A DNA stretch of 64,000 nucleotides from an uncultured Alphaproteobacteria bacterium (GCA_902530985.1 CACACI010000001.1:70420-134419), one strand, 5' to 3'. Positions 40,755-50,831 are shown, counted from the stretch's first letter. Notes: generated by a model from the letters alone, not told the origin. Numbers and translations are program-made.

Positions 40755-41690
40755 TCATAAACATAATTTTTCTTTTAATTTTAACAAAACTTCATTAGAA
40801 AAATTTTCTTTATCGTTTTTAAATCTGAAAATGAACACTTTTTTTCCTACTGGTTTGCAAAGCTCTGGTTTGGAATAGTTAGTAAAAAAAACATACGCAT
40901 CTCTTTCTCCCTTTGATATCAGATGCATTGGACCAGTATCGTTACCAATAGATAATAATGAATGCTTTGACAATTTTCCCAAATCAAAAAAGTTAGTTTT
41001 ATTGCAGAGGTTCTCCACTTTAGGAAAATCTAATTTTATTTTTTTACAAATTTGCTCGTCATCTTTTGATCCTATTAATAAAACTAAAATATTGTTGTTT
41101 AATAAAAATTGAATAATCTTATTAAAAATTTCTAATGGGAGCCTCTTGTTTTTTCTTTTCCTAGAACCTCCTGGAACTATCAATACGTAATTTTGTTTCG
41201 GTATTGGAAACTTTGAATTAAACAACCACTTCAAGTCCATATCTGATCTAAATTTAATTTTGTTCATTGAAATCTGATCCATTTGTCTATCGAGAGTATG
41301 CATATTGTTTCTATTTTGGTTATCATGAATAATTTTTGCATATCTACCAATTCCATTTGTAATAGTTTTTGGTGTTTGAAAAAGTTTTAAATATGAAGAT
41401 GACCTCTTGGAAGTTTGTAAATCATAGACAAAATCAAAATCTAAATTATCAATTTTTTTTTTTATCTGAACAATATCCATGAAATATAAGAGGCTCCTTT
41501 TAATTGTTATTATATTTTCAAACCAACCAGATCTCAAAAAAAAGCTATCAAATGGTTTTTCCGTTAACAAAAAAGTTTTTGTTTTATGATGATTTACTAT
41601 TGAAAAGATAGCTCCCAAAGAAAGAATCACATCCCCTAGGCCACCAAATTTAATTATTAAGATTTTTTTTTGTTGAGAGCAGGTTTTCAT
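40755..41690 (-). CDS. glycosyltransferase family 9 (LPS heptosyltransferase-like)
   Basis: KILIIKFGGLGDVILS N-terminus and C-terminal GNDTGPMHL. ATG 41690 is preferred over the track start at 41756. Confidence 0.75.
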   Translation of the reverse strand: MKTCSQQKKILIIKFGGLGDVILSLGAIFSIVNHHKTKTFLLTEKPFDSFFLRSGWFENIITIKRSLLYFMDIVQIKKKIDNLDFDFVYDLQTSKRSSSYLKLFQTPKTITNGIGRYAKIIHDNQNRNNMHTLDRQMDQISMNKIKFRSDMDLKWLFNSKFPIPKQNYVLIVPGGSRKRKNKRLPLEIFNKIIQFLLNNNILVLLIGSKDDEQICKKIKLDFPKVENLCNKTNFFDLGKLSKHSLLSIGNDTGPMHLISKGERDAYVFFTNYSKPELCKPVGKKVFIFRFKNDKENFSNEVLLKLKEKLCL

Positions 41691-42816
41691 AAACTGACAT
41701 AGTTTTTTTAAGCATTTCGCTAAGACTAAATTTTTCTTCAACTCTTCTTCTTGCATTTAGTCCAACTAAATCCTTTTTTTCTTGAGGAAGTTTAAGAACT
41801 TCTATAATTTTTTCCGCAAGTTGATTTGGTTTAGAAGGTTCAACTAACCACCCTGTTATTTTATTTTCTATAATTTCTCTTGAACCCCCATGATTTGATG
41901 AAATTATTGGTTTCGTCATGGAAGATGCTTCTGCGCTAACTCTACCAAATGCTTCTGGTTCTATTGATGTTGAAAGAACAATATCTGCGATCGAATAAAC
42001 TGCCGGCATATCATTTAGATTTCCACAAAAAATAACTTTGTTATCTAGTTTTAGTTTTTTTATTTTTTTTTTTAAAATTTCTGTAAAACTTTTTTTACCC
42101 TCCTCATCACCAACAAATAATATTACAAAATTTAATGATGAATCCTTCTGTGTTATAATTTTAGCTGCTTCTAATGCTATTAGATGTCCTTTCCAAGATG
42201 TAATTCTTGCAGGCAGAAGAATAATATGAACCTTCTCAGATAATATTAATTTAGATAGTAAGTTTTCTTTTCTCTTTTCTGTAACTGCATGCAGATCAAA
42301 ATATTTTGTATCAATTCCTCTATTTATTTGAACTAACTTTGACTTACACAATGGAAAATAGAATCGAACATGCTCGTCAATAAAATTTGAAATTGTTATA
42401 ACTTTATCCCCTGACGTCATCAAACTATTATACTTTTTTTTTGGATAAAAATTATTCCCAGAATAAGTCCCATGAAATGTTGTAACTAGGGGTATATTTA
42501 AAGATTTAACAATTTTATTAAAACAAAGTGCAGGCCACCTGCTTCTAATGTGAACAATATCTGGTTTAATCTGATCTAGTAATTTTGGTATTTTTTTTTT
42601 TATTAAGAAAAAATTGATGAGTCCCTTTCTTTTTAAATTTAATTCGTAATGTTCTACTCCTCTGTATTTATATTTTTCAGCCATTTCTCCACCTGATGAT
42701 AAAAGAGCAGAACCATAACCTAAATTTATTAATTCTTTTGCAACATCAAGAGTGCCTCTTTCTACCCCACCATTAATTTTGTCAAGAGAGGGAATGATTT
42801 GAAGTATTTTGGCCAT
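41650..42816 (-). CDS. glycosyltransferase family 4 (GT-B, group 1)
   Basis: N-terminal GGVERGTLDVAKEL and C-terminal EX7E region EPEAFGRVSAEASSMTKPIISSNHGGSREII. Confidence 0.85.
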   Translation of the reverse strand: MAKILQIIPSLDKINGGVERGTLDVAKELINLGYGSALLSSGGEMAEKYKYRGVEHYELNLKRKGLINFFLIKKKIPKLLDQIKPDIVHIRSRWPALCFNKIVKSLNIPLVTTFHGTYSGNNFYPKKKYNSLMTSGDKVITISNFIDEHVRFYFPLCKSKLVQINRGIDTKYFDLHAVTEKRKENLLSKLILSEKVHIILLPARITSWKGHLIALEAAKIITQKDSSLNFVILFVGDEEGKKSFTEILKKKIKKLKLDNKVIFCGNLNDMPAVYSIADIVLSTSIEPEAFGRVSAEASSMTKPIISSNHGGSREIIENKITGWLVEPSKPNQLAEKIIEVLKLPQEKKDLVGLNARRRVEEKFSLSEMLKKTMSVYENLLSTKKNLNN

Positions 42817-43679
42817 TAAAAATTTCTTTTTATAATGTTTTCTAAACCTAACTTATAATTTTCAAATTTAGGTGTCCAACCTAATATTTTTTTTATTTTG
42901 CTATTTGACACCCTCTTATTGTCCTTATAAAAGTCTTTTGCCTTATCACTAATTGAAGATGAAGATAGGTTAATGTATTCCAAATCATTTATCTTAAGCA
43001 ATTTTGCTGCATATTCTTTAACTTTGTCAGCACTACATGGATAATCATCAGTTATGTTAAAAATCTGTCCAGGAGTGATTTTTTTCATACTTAAAATAAT
43101 AGCTGAGGCTATGTCTTCAACATGTATTCTTGAAAAATAGTGATTTTTTTTTTTAATTATTGATCTATCGCCTTTAATTAATTTATCCAAACTAGATCTT
43201 CCAGGTCCATATATACCAGGTAGTCTAAAAATATGAATCGGAAGTTTGTTTTTTTGAAATTTTTTTAAAAATAAATTCTCCACATTTATCCTATTCCTCC
43301 CTCTATTAGTTTCGGCTTTCATCTTTGCTGATTCATTTACCCAAGATCCAGAATGATCTCCATAAACACTTGTAGAAGAAAGATACCCAAACCATTTAAG
43401 TTTTTTTATTAATCCATCACTCATGGTTCCTATTAGATTATAAACTAAGTCACTATTGTTAACAGGAGGAATCGAGTTAATTATGTGAGTTACTCCTCTG
43501 AAATAAAGATTTTTTTTTTTTAGAAAATTACTATAAGTTAGTCTTTTAATATTGAGTTCACTATCAAATTTTTCAGCTTTAATATTAAGGTTATGTGTGC
43601 AAATAATTTCATACTTTTTATCTAAACTTGGTAAAATATATTTTGAACAATATCCTGCTCCAAAGAAAATTAACTTCAT
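42816..43679 (-). CDS. NAD-dependent epimerase/dehydratase (extended SDR) family protein
   Basis: FFGAGYCSKYI Rossmann start, central YG...GR and a VEDIA region. The start overlaps the lysR-type gene by spacing only (3-nt gap). Confidence 0.7.
   Translation of the reverse strand: MKLIFFGAGYCSKYILPSLDKKYEIICTHNLNIKAEKFDSELNIKRLTYSNFLKKKNLYFRGVTHIINSIPPVNNSDLVYNLIGTMSDGLIKKLKWFGYLSSTSVYGDHSGSWVNESAKMKAETNRGRNRINVENLFLKKFQKNKLPIHIFRLPGIYGPGRSSLDKLIKGDRSIIKKKNHYFSRIHVEDIASAIILSMKKITPGQIFNITDDYPCSADKVKEYAAKLLKINDLEYINLSSSSISDKAKDFYKDNKRVSNSKIKKILGWTPKFENYKLGLENIIKRNF
43510..43521. repeat. T12 homopolymer (A12 on the coding strand) inside the SDR epimerase-like gene
   Basis: Counted directly. It encodes FLKKKNL on the minus strand. 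One of five runs of 11 nt or more between 41.4 and 43.6 kb. Confidence 0.95.
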
Positions 43680-43682
43680 AAT

Positions 43683-44576
43683 TTAATTCGCTAAGATTTG
43701 CTTTTTTAACCAGTCAAAGGTTGGATGATTTGTAAGTTCCTTGTGCCAAACCATTCTAGTTTTTCTCCTCTCCAAATCTAATGGGAGTTCAATTATTTTA
43801 AATTGATAGTTTTTTGCCATTCTCTGAGCAGTTTTTGATGGGAGTGTTAATATCAGATCTGAATTTCTAATTATCAATGGTGCAAGGGTAATTAGATCAA
43901 TTCTAACAGAAATTTGCCTTTCAAAGTTTAGTTGATTCAAAGCTCGGTCAATGGGGTGTAAAGAAGCATCCATTGGAGCAACTCTTAAATGTCTAGCTTC
44001 AAGATATTGATCAATTGATAATTTTTCTTCATTTGCTAGTGGATTTGTTTTACTTAAAATACATACATATTTTTCAGTGAAAAGCTCGGAATGACCAAAT
44101 CTACTTCCGATAGTTTCAAATCGACCAACCGCAAAGTCGATTTCATTATTATCTAAAAGCTTAAGAGCCTCATTGCCTTGTTCAGATCTGACACACAAAG
44201 ATGATGAAGGGGAATTTTTTTCAATAAAATCTACTAAATTTGGGAGAATAACTGGTGCAACGTCATCAGACATTGAAATTCTGAAAAGTTTTTTTGTCGT
44301 TCTTGGGTTAAAATTAATAGAGGATAAAGATAGTTCTAAGTTATTTAAGGCTGTTTGCACTGGAAGGGCCAAATCAATTGCTCTCGGAGTTGGCCTCATT
44401 CCTTTTGGTCCTCTAATAAATAAGTCATCTTTTATCAAGTACCTTAATCTATTAAGAGCATTACTCATAGCAGGTTGAGTAATTCCAATTTTCTTACTTG
44501 CTTTCGTTACATTTTTTTCCTCATACAAGGTCTTAAAAACAACAAGCAAGTTAAGATCAAAATTTTTGATATTCAT
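43683..44576 (-). CDS. LysR family transcriptional regulator
   Basis: N-terminal HTH LNLLVVFKTLYEEKNVTKASKKIGITQPAMSNALNRLR plus a LysR substrate-binding domain. Confidence 0.88.
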   Translation of the reverse strand: MNIKNFDLNLLVVFKTLYEEKNVTKASKKIGITQPAMSNALNRLRYLIKDDLFIRGPKGMRPTPRAIDLALPVQTALNNLELSLSSINFNPRTTKKLFRISMSDDVAPVILPNLVDFIEKNSPSSSLCVRSEQGNEALKLLDNNEIDFAVGRFETIGSRFGHSELFTEKYVCILSKTNPLANEEKLSIDQYLEARHLRVAPMDASLHPIDRALNQLNFERQISVRIDLITLAPLIIRNSDLILTLPSKTAQRMAKNYQFKIIELPLDLERRKTRMVWHKELTNHPTFDWLKKQILAN

Positions 44577-44671
44577 ATGATGAATTCTGTTCTATTAATA
44601 TATTTTAATAATAAATCATATCTTTTTCGTTTTACAATATTAAAATAAAAAATCTGGGAACTTTATCTTCA

Positions 44672-45484
44672 ATGGTCATTATTATATTTTTTTGCCTTTT
44701 ACAGGGCTTCACTGAATTTCTTCCTGTTAGTTCTCAAGGTCACTTAATTGTTTTCGATAAGTTTTATCCAATTAACTTAGCTTCGGGTTTTTCTGTGCAT
44801 GAGGCTACAATATTAGCACATTTTGGATCATTATTAGCAGTTGTAGTATTTTATAAAAAAGAAATTATAGGTTTCTTTAAATCTTTACGACTTCTAGACA
44901 GACCTGACATTGATAAGAATGCTTTTATGGTGGTAAATTTATTTATTTCTACAATACCTATTATTATAATTGGATACTTTTTCGCTAGAATTTTTAACTA
45001 TGAAAGTACAGATATATTAATTGTTATATCTGTAACAAGCATAATATTTGCTCCTATTCTTTTTCTAGTAGACAGTTTCTGCCTTAGAATAAAAAATCAG
45101 AATTCTCTCAAATATTCAATATCTCTTCTAATTGGAATTTTCCAGTGTTTTGCATTAGTACCTGGTGTTAGTAGATCTGGGTCTATACTAACTATCATGA
45201 GGTTTTTAGGTTTTCAAAGAAAATTTGCAGTCTATTATTCAAATTTATTAAGCATTCCAGTTATATTTGCAGCAACTTCTTATTTAATTATTAATAATAT
45301 TAATAACATTACTTTCAACTTGATTTTGAGTATAAATGGTCTAAGTATCTTATTTTTTAGTTTTATTTTTTCTATATTTTTCATATTTTTCTTAGTCTCA
45401 TGGGTCAAGAAATTCTCCCTTTTCATATTTGCCTTCTACAGATTAATATTCGGAATTTTATTAGTATATTTTTTCATTTATTAA
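44672..45484 (+). CDS. uppP: undecaprenyl-diphosphate phosphatase
   Basis: BacA motifs QGFTEFLPVSSQGHL and PGVSRSGS. Polytopic membrane protein. Confidence 0.9.
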   Translation: MVIIIFFCLLQGFTEFLPVSSQGHLIVFDKFYPINLASGFSVHEATILAHFGSLLAVVVFYKKEIIGFFKSLRLLDRPDIDKNAFMVVNLFISTIPIIIIGYFFARIFNYESTDILIVISVTSIIFAPILFLVDSFCLRIKNQNSLKYSISLLIGIFQCFALVPGVSRSGSILTIMRFLGFQRKFAVYYSNLLSIPVIFAATSYLIINNINNITFNLILSINGLSILFFSFIFSIFFIFFLVSWVKKFSLFIFAFYRLIFGILLVYFFIY

Positions 45485-45486
45485 TT

Positions 45487-46440
45487 TTATATATAAGTTC
45501 CAACTATAGTTTGAAGTGATGAGGGATTTTTAACAAATTGTTTTAAATTAGAAAAACCTTTTGATGAGATATTATCAACCATAAGCAACCTGACTTGGTC
45601 TCTAGTTAACAATGGATTAGGGAGTATTTCTAAAAGAAATGCTATAATCTGGGCAGCAAAAAAGGGTATTGGTAAATAAATCCTTTTCCTTTTTTTTATA
45701 TTTAAAATTGTATCAAAGATTTGATCAAAAGATTGAACTGTTGGTCCAGCTAGATCGTAATTTTTTCTCTTCAAGGTAGATATACTTAATAAAAAAGAAA
45801 CTAAGTCGCCAACATAAATGGGTTGAAATTTTACTTTTTTATTAAAATCAACGATTGGGAAAATTTTTTTCCTTTTTATTTCTATTGAACCTATTAAGGG
45901 TAAAATTGGGCTAATTTTTGAAATATTGAAAAAAAAATTAGTAAAATTATCCCCTTTGCCAAAAACAACACTTGGCCTAATAATTACAGTATTAGGAAAC
46001 TCTTCTTTAACTTCATTTTCTCCAAGCAATTTTGAGTTTGCATAAAATGAATTAAGTGATTTATCAATGTTCAAGGCTGAAACATGAATAAAGTTTCTAA
46101 CACCATTTCTTTTTGCTGACGCAGCTATTTCTTTTGGAATATCTACGTGAACTTTTTTGAAAGTATTTTTTTTTGTTTCATACAAAATTCCAATTAGATT
46201 GAATACAATTTCAGCATTTTTTAGAATTTTATCAAGATTTTCTTTACTAAAGTTATCTATTTTTATAACTCTGACTTGGCCAGGTTCATTTCCTAGAAAA
46301 AAATCAAGCTTTCTTTTGTTACTTCTTGTTATTATATCAACTTGACACGCATTCTTGCAAAGATTGTTTACTAAATGGGATCCAATGAAACCCGTTCCAC
46401 CAAAAACAACTACTTTCTTTCCGCTAATTTTAAAGTTCAT
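45487..46440 (-). CDS. NAD(P)H-binding SDR, complex I NDUFA9-like family
   Basis: VVFGGTGFIGSHLV Rossmann motif. About 317 aa of atypical SDR common in alphaproteobacteria. Confidence 0.7.
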   Translation of the reverse strand: MNFKISGKKVVVFGGTGFIGSHLVNNLCKNACQVDIITRSNKRKLDFFLGNEPGQVRVIKIDNFSKENLDKILKNAEIVFNLIGILYETKKNTFKKVHVDIPKEIAASAKRNGVRNFIHVSALNIDKSLNSFYANSKLLGENEVKEEFPNTVIIRPSVVFGKGDNFTNFFFNISKISPILPLIGSIEIKRKKIFPIVDFNKKVKFQPIYVGDLVSFLLSISTLKRKNYDLAGPTVQSFDQIFDTILNIKKRKRIYLPIPFFAAQIIAFLLEILPNPLLTRDQVRLLMVDNISSKGFSNLKQFVKNPSSLQTIVGTYI

Positions 46441-46502
46441 AATTTTTATACTATTTATCTAATAACTCTGGTATTAATAACATAATTAAAATTGATCAAA
46501 AA

Positions 46503-47150
46503 ATGAAAACTTTTAAATTTGGTGAATCAAATATTTATTTGCATGAAAATGATCTTCCTAGAGAGATTCAACACCCTAAGGTAGTTGCTATAGACACGGA
46601 GACAACAGGTCTTAGTCTAGTCAGAGACAGACTATGTTTGATTCAATTTGCATTCTCTAAAAAAGAATGTCATTTAGTAAAGTTTGATAGAGATATCAAT
46701 AGCACATCTAGTAAACATCCAGAAATTGAAAGACTTCTGAAAAATAAAAACATCCAAAAAATATTTCATTATGCAAGATTTGATGTCGCTATGATAAAAA
46801 AATTTTTTAAACTGGATGTAAAAAATATCTTTTGCACAAAAATAGCCTCTAAATTAGTTAGAACATATACTGATAAGCATGGACTAAAGGACCTATGCAA
46901 AGAATTACTTAACGTCGAGCTTAATAAGTCCCAACAATCTTCTGATTGGTCATCTAATAATTTATTAGATAGTCAAATTAAATATGCTTCATATGATGTG
47001 ATTTTTTTATTTGAAATTAAATTAATTTTAGAAGAAATGCTTAAGAGAGAAGGAAGAGAAAATATAGCACAATCAATTTTTGAATTTCTTCCAATAAGAA
47101 TTCAATTAGACTTTCTTGATTGGTATGATTCAGATATTTTCTCACACTAA
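46503..47150 (+). CDS. rnd: 3'-5' exonuclease (RNase D-like DEDDy domain only)
   Basis: ExoI AIDTETTGL, ExoII FHYARFD and ExoIII YASYDVIFL. Only 215 aa, with no HRDC domains. Confidence 0.75.
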   Translation: MKTFKFGESNIYLHENDLPREIQHPKVVAIDTETTGLSLVRDRLCLIQFAFSKKECHLVKFDRDINSTSSKHPEIERLLKNKNIQKIFHYARFDVAMIKKFFKLDVKNIFCTKIASKLVRTYTDKHGLKDLCKELLNVELNKSQQSSDWSSNNLLDSQIKYASYDVIFLFEIKLILEEMLKREGRENIAQSIFEFLPIRIQLDFLDWYDSDIFSH

Positions 47151-47167
47151 ATAATTATTAAATTACG

Positions 47168-48106
47168 ATGGTTATAAAGATAGGAAGAAAAGTTATAGAA
47201 ACTGAAATAGAAGCTCTTAAACTTCTTAAAAAAAATATCTCTGTCGATTTTGTAAAAGTTGTAGACCTACTATTCAGGAATAAGGGTAAGATTGTTGTAT
47301 CTGGAATAGGAAAAAGTGGTCACATCGCTTCAAAAATAGCATCAACATTATCATCTGTTGGATCACCTTCATTTTTCTTACATCCATCAGAATCAAATCA
47401 TGGCGATTTAGGAATGCTGGAAAAAAAAGATTGCATAATTTTAATATCAAATTCTGGTGAAACATCTGAATTGATAAACTTGATTTTATATTGCAAAAAA
47501 AAAAAAATACCAATTATCTCAATTACAAGTGAACCAGACAGTACTTTAGCTAAAGAATCAAATTTAAACCTATTAATCCCAAAGAACATAGAAGCATGTC
47601 CATTGGAACTTGCGCCAACAAGCTCCACAACATGCACTCTTGCTCTCGGTGATGCAATTGCAGTAACCTTGTTAAAAAAAAGAGACTTCACAAAAAAGGA
47701 TTTTCGAGACCTTCACCCTGGAGGAAAGTTAGGACAAATACTCTTACAAGTAAAAGATTTAATGAAAATTAAAAATGCCATTCCATTAGTAAATGAAACT
47801 CATAAAGTTAGCCACGCAATTTTAGAAATGACATCAAAAGGTCAGGGTTGTGTTGGTGTGTTATCAAAAAAGGGTCTGTTATGTGGCATTATAACTGACG
47901 GTGACCTCAGAAGACATATGAACTCTGAACTACTTGATAGGAAAGTTTACGAAATAATGACTAAAGATCCAAAAACCCTTTCTCCCTCCACTCTTGTTTC
48001 TCAAGCACTTAAGATGATGAATAAAAAATCTATTACAAATTATTTCATAACAGAAGAAAAAAAACCTATTGGTATTATTCACATGCACGACATTTTAAGA
48101 AAATAA
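47168..48106 (+). CDS. kdsD: arabinose-5-phosphate isomerase (KpsF/GutQ family)
   Basis: SIS domain (GIGKSGHIASKIASTLSSVGSPSFFLHP, SNSGET) plus tandem CBS domains. Lies upstream of lptC-lptA-lptB. Confidence 0.9.
   Translation: MVIKIGRKVIETEIEALKLLKKNISVDFVKVVDLLFRNKGKIVVSGIGKSGHIASKIASTLSSVGSPSFFLHPSESNHGDLGMLEKKDCIILISNSGETSELINLILYCKKKKIPIISITSEPDSTLAKESNLNLLIPKNIEACPLELAPTSSTTCTLALGDAIAVTLLKKRDFTKKDFRDLHPGGKLGQILLQVKDLMKIKNAIPLVNETHKVSHAILEMTSKGQGCVGVLSKKGLLCGIITDGDLRRHMNSELLDRKVYEIMTKDPKTLSPSTLVSQALKMMNKKSITNYFITEEKKPIGIIHMHDILRK
47495..47507. repeat. A13 homopolymer inside the kdsD coding sequence (Lys4 run)
   Basis: Counted directly: TGC AAA AAA AAA AAA ATA. Confidence 0.95.
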
Positions 48107-48115
48107 AATTAGATA

Positions 48116-48691
48116 ATGAATTATTCAATTTTTATAAAAGGTATTAAATATTTTTTTTTATTGATCTCAATTATAATTATTACTTTAGTTTTCTATAACA
48201 ATAACTCTTTTAAAAAAGAAAAAATGACAACTAAAAATATTTTCTACCAAGAAGGTTTTAAATCTGTAACTCAAGTTCTTCGGAAACCAAAATTCATGGG
48301 AATTGATAAAAAGAAACAACCTTTTAAAGTAATGGCTGAAAAAGCTATTAGGTATAAGAGTACACCAGATATTTTTAACCTAGAGATGCCTACTGGAGAG
48401 ATAAACTCAGGAAAAGAAAAATTCTTCTTAAGAGGAGATTCTGGTGAATTCAACAAAGAAATTCAACAACTCAAAGTGGAAGGTAATGTCAAACTGAATG
48501 ATTCAAATAATATGACATTCAATACATCAAAGATGTATTTTGATTTTAAAAAAGAAATTGTATCTGGTGATGAGAAGATTGAAGGAGAAAAAAATAATTC
48601 ACTTATTGTTTCAGAAGGGTTCAAAATATTCAATAAAGGTCAAAAAATAATTTTTACCGGGAAATCAAAATTGACAGTGGATAATAATTAA
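48116..48691 (+). CDS. lptC: LPS export system protein LptC
   Basis: N-terminal TM anchor, a beta-jellyroll-sized body of about 190 aa, and position between kdsD and lptA. Confidence 0.75.
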   Translation: MNYSIFIKGIKYFFLLISIIIITLVFYNNNSFKKEKMTTKNIFYQEGFKSVTQVLRKPKFMGIDKKKQPFKVMAEKAIRYKSTPDIFNLEMPTGEINSGKEKFFLRGDSGEFNKEIQQLKVEGNVKLNDSNNMTFNTSKMYFDFKKEIVSGDEKIEGEKNNSLIVSEGFKIFNKGQKIIFTGKSKLTVDNN

Positions 48692-48692
48692 A

Positions 48693-49517
48693 ATGACGCA
48701 AAATAAAAAGTTACTTATAATCCTGATCATTCTTTTATCTGACTTTTCTCAATCTCAACAACTATCAAACTTTGGTAATAATGACAAACCTATTGAAATT
48801 TTTGCTGATGAGGGAATTGAGTGGCATAAAAATAAAAATAAATATGTTGCTGTAGGAAACGCCAGAGCTGTAAGTGGAACTTTATCTCTGAAATCTGATA
48901 GAATTGAGGCATTCTATAACGAAAAAGAGGATTCAGGAATGAATATTAGGGAAGTAAGGGCCAAAAAAAATGTAATTATAGAAGACGATAAAATGAAGAT
49001 AGTTGGAGGTGATTATGCCGAATATAATACATTAAAAGATTACTTCTTAATAAAAGGCAAAAATATCATTCTGACATCCGAATCAAACATCCTAAAATCA
49101 AAGGAAAAGCTAGAATATTGGAGATCTAAAAATATTGCAATTGCTTCTGGAAAGGCAGAAGCAATAAAGAACAAAGAATTTTCTGTATTAGCAGATAAAT
49201 TAGTATGGTACTTACAAGAAACGGAGAAAAAAACAACTGTAAAAAAAATACTTGGGTTTAAAAATGTTTCTATTAAAACTAATAATGAAGTAGCATTTAG
49301 CGATAAAGCAATTTATAATAATGAAACTGAAATCTGCAAATTATTTGGAAATGTAAAACTCCAGAGAGGGGAAAGTTTTTTGCTTGGTGAATATGCTGAA
49401 GTTGACTTAAAGAAAGGTATAAGTAAATTATTGCCTGCCCCAGGAAAACAACCAACGGAAAATAAAGTAAAAGCACTCATTGATAAAGGGGGGATTGAAA
49501 CTGACAAACCAAATTGA
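48693..49517 (+). CDS. lptA: LPS transport periplasmic protein LptA (OstA-like)
   Basis: Signal peptide and OstA N-domain pattern (IEIFADEGIEW...ARAVSG...L.AD). Position upstream of lptB. Confidence 0.8.
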   Translation: MTQNKKLLIILIILLSDFSQSQQLSNFGNNDKPIEIFADEGIEWHKNKNKYVAVGNARAVSGTLSLKSDRIEAFYNEKEDSGMNIREVRAKKNVIIEDDKMKIVGGDYAEYNTLKDYFLIKGKNIILTSESNILKSKEKLEYWRSKNIAIASGKAEAIKNKEFSVLADKLVWYLQETEKKTTVKKILGFKNVSIKTNNEVAFSDKAIYNNETEICKLFGNVKLQRGESFLLGEYAEVDLKKGISKLLPAPGKQPTENKVKALIDKGGIETDKPN

Positions 49518-50256
49518 CATACCATTCATAGCTGTCGACAATAAAGGTCTAGAAGTTAAAAATATAACTAAATCCTATAATAATAAAAGAATCCTAGACA
49601 ATGTTTCTATCGATTTAAATAGAGGAGAATCTGTAGCATTATTAGGTCCCAATGGAGCAGGTAAGACCTCACTTTTTTACATAATTATGGGACTATTAAA
49701 ATCAGAAAGTGGCTCTATAAATCTTGATAAAAACGAGATTTCTGAATATCCAATGTACAGAAGGTCTAAACTTGGTCTTGGTTATTTGCCTCAAGAATCA
49801 TCTATTTTTAGGGGAATGAATGTGGAGCAAAACATCCTTTCAATATTAGAAAAAACTGAAAAATCCTCTGAAACAAAAACAAAAAAACTTGAAAGCCTCC
49901 TATCTGAATTTGGAATTGAATCAATTCGATACGCTCCTTCTCTTTCTCTTTCAGGAGGCGAACGAAGAAGATTAGAAATTGCTCGATGTTTGGCATCTAA
50001 CCCTAATTTCATTCTTTTGGATGAACCATTAGCAGGAATAGACCCTATAGCTATTCAGGACGTAAAAAACTTAATTCAGAATCTTAAAAAAAAGAATATC
50101 GGGGTTCTTATGACAGACCACAATGTGAAAAGCACCTTACAAATTGTTGATAGAGCATACATAATTTTTGAAGGAAAAGTTCTCTTTCAAGGTAAGCCTG
50201 ATGAGATTATCAAAAATAAAAATGTAAGAACTTTTTATTTAGGAAATGATTTTTGA
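49495..50256 (+). CDS. lptB: LPS export ABC transporter ATP-binding protein
   Basis: Walker A GPNGAGKTS, signature LSGGERRRLEIAR and Walker B ILLDEP. TTG 49495 follows an AAGGGGGG Shine-Dalgarno site. The track start TTG 49480 is also possible. Confidence 0.92.
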   Translation: MKLTNQIDIPFIAVDNKGLEVKNITKSYNNKRILDNVSIDLNRGESVALLGPNGAGKTSLFYIIMGLLKSESGSINLDKNEISEYPMYRRSKLGLGYLPQESSIFRGMNVEQNILSILEKTEKSSETKTKKLESLLSEFGIESIRYAPSLSLSGGERRRLEIARCLASNPNFILLDEPLAGIDPIAIQDVKNLIQNLKKKNIGVLMTDHNVKSTLQIVDRAYIIFEGKVLFQGKPDEIIKNKNVRTFYLGNDF

Positions 50257-50831
50257 CAGAATCTAAAAACATATCTATCTCAGGAAAACAAACTAAAGTT
50301 GGCAAATCTCTTACTAATTACGTACAAATCTCAATAATACAAACTTTAAATAAATATTTTGAAAGCTTCATAAATGCCAATATCTTATTCTCTAAAGACA
50401 CTTTTAATTTTAGATGCGAAATTAGTATAAATATAGAAAGATCTTTTTTTATACAAGGTAATGCATTAAGCAACGATGCATATGGTGCTTTTAATGTTGC
50501 CAATGAAAAAATAAAAAAAAGACTAAGAAGATATCACCGAAAACTAACCGATCATCGTCTAAAAAATAAAAAATCTCTTAAATATTTAGAAGCGAGTCAA
50601 TATATTATTCAAAATCCAGATTTAAAAAGAAAAAAAGACGACCTAACTGCACCAGTTATTATTGCAGAATCTGAAGATATAATAAAAACTGTATCAGTTA
50701 GTGAAGCTATTATGCTGATGGATTTAAAAGATCAAAATGCAATTTTCTTTAAAAATGTTCAATCAAAGAGATTAAATATTTTATATAGACGATCAGATGG
50801 AAATATTGGTTGGGTGGATCCAAAAAAATGA
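50253..50831 (+). CDS. hpf: ribosome hibernation promoting factor (long HPF / sigma-54 modulation protein family)
   Basis: TTG start overlapping the lptB stop (TTGA). N-domain ISISGKQTKVGKSLTNYV and a C-terminal dimerisation domain (MLMDLKDQNAIFFKN). Confidence 0.85.
   Translation: MTESKNISISGKQTKVGKSLTNYVQISIIQTLNKYFESFINANILFSKDTFNFRCEISINIERSFFIQGNALSNDAYGAFNVANEKIKKRLRRYHRKLTDHRLKNKKSLKYLEASQYIIQNPDLKRKKDDLTAPVIIAESEDIIKTVSVSEAIMLMDLKDQNAIFFKNVQSKRLNILYRRSDGNIGWVDPKK

Noticed and set aside
45291-45315. Repeated ATTAATAAT units encoding INNINNI in uppP, and again in the FkbM gene (52520-52545).
   Set aside because: These are short low-complexity Asn/Ile codon repeats expected in an AT-rich genome. 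The two copies share no flanking similarity, so this is not a dispersed repeat element.
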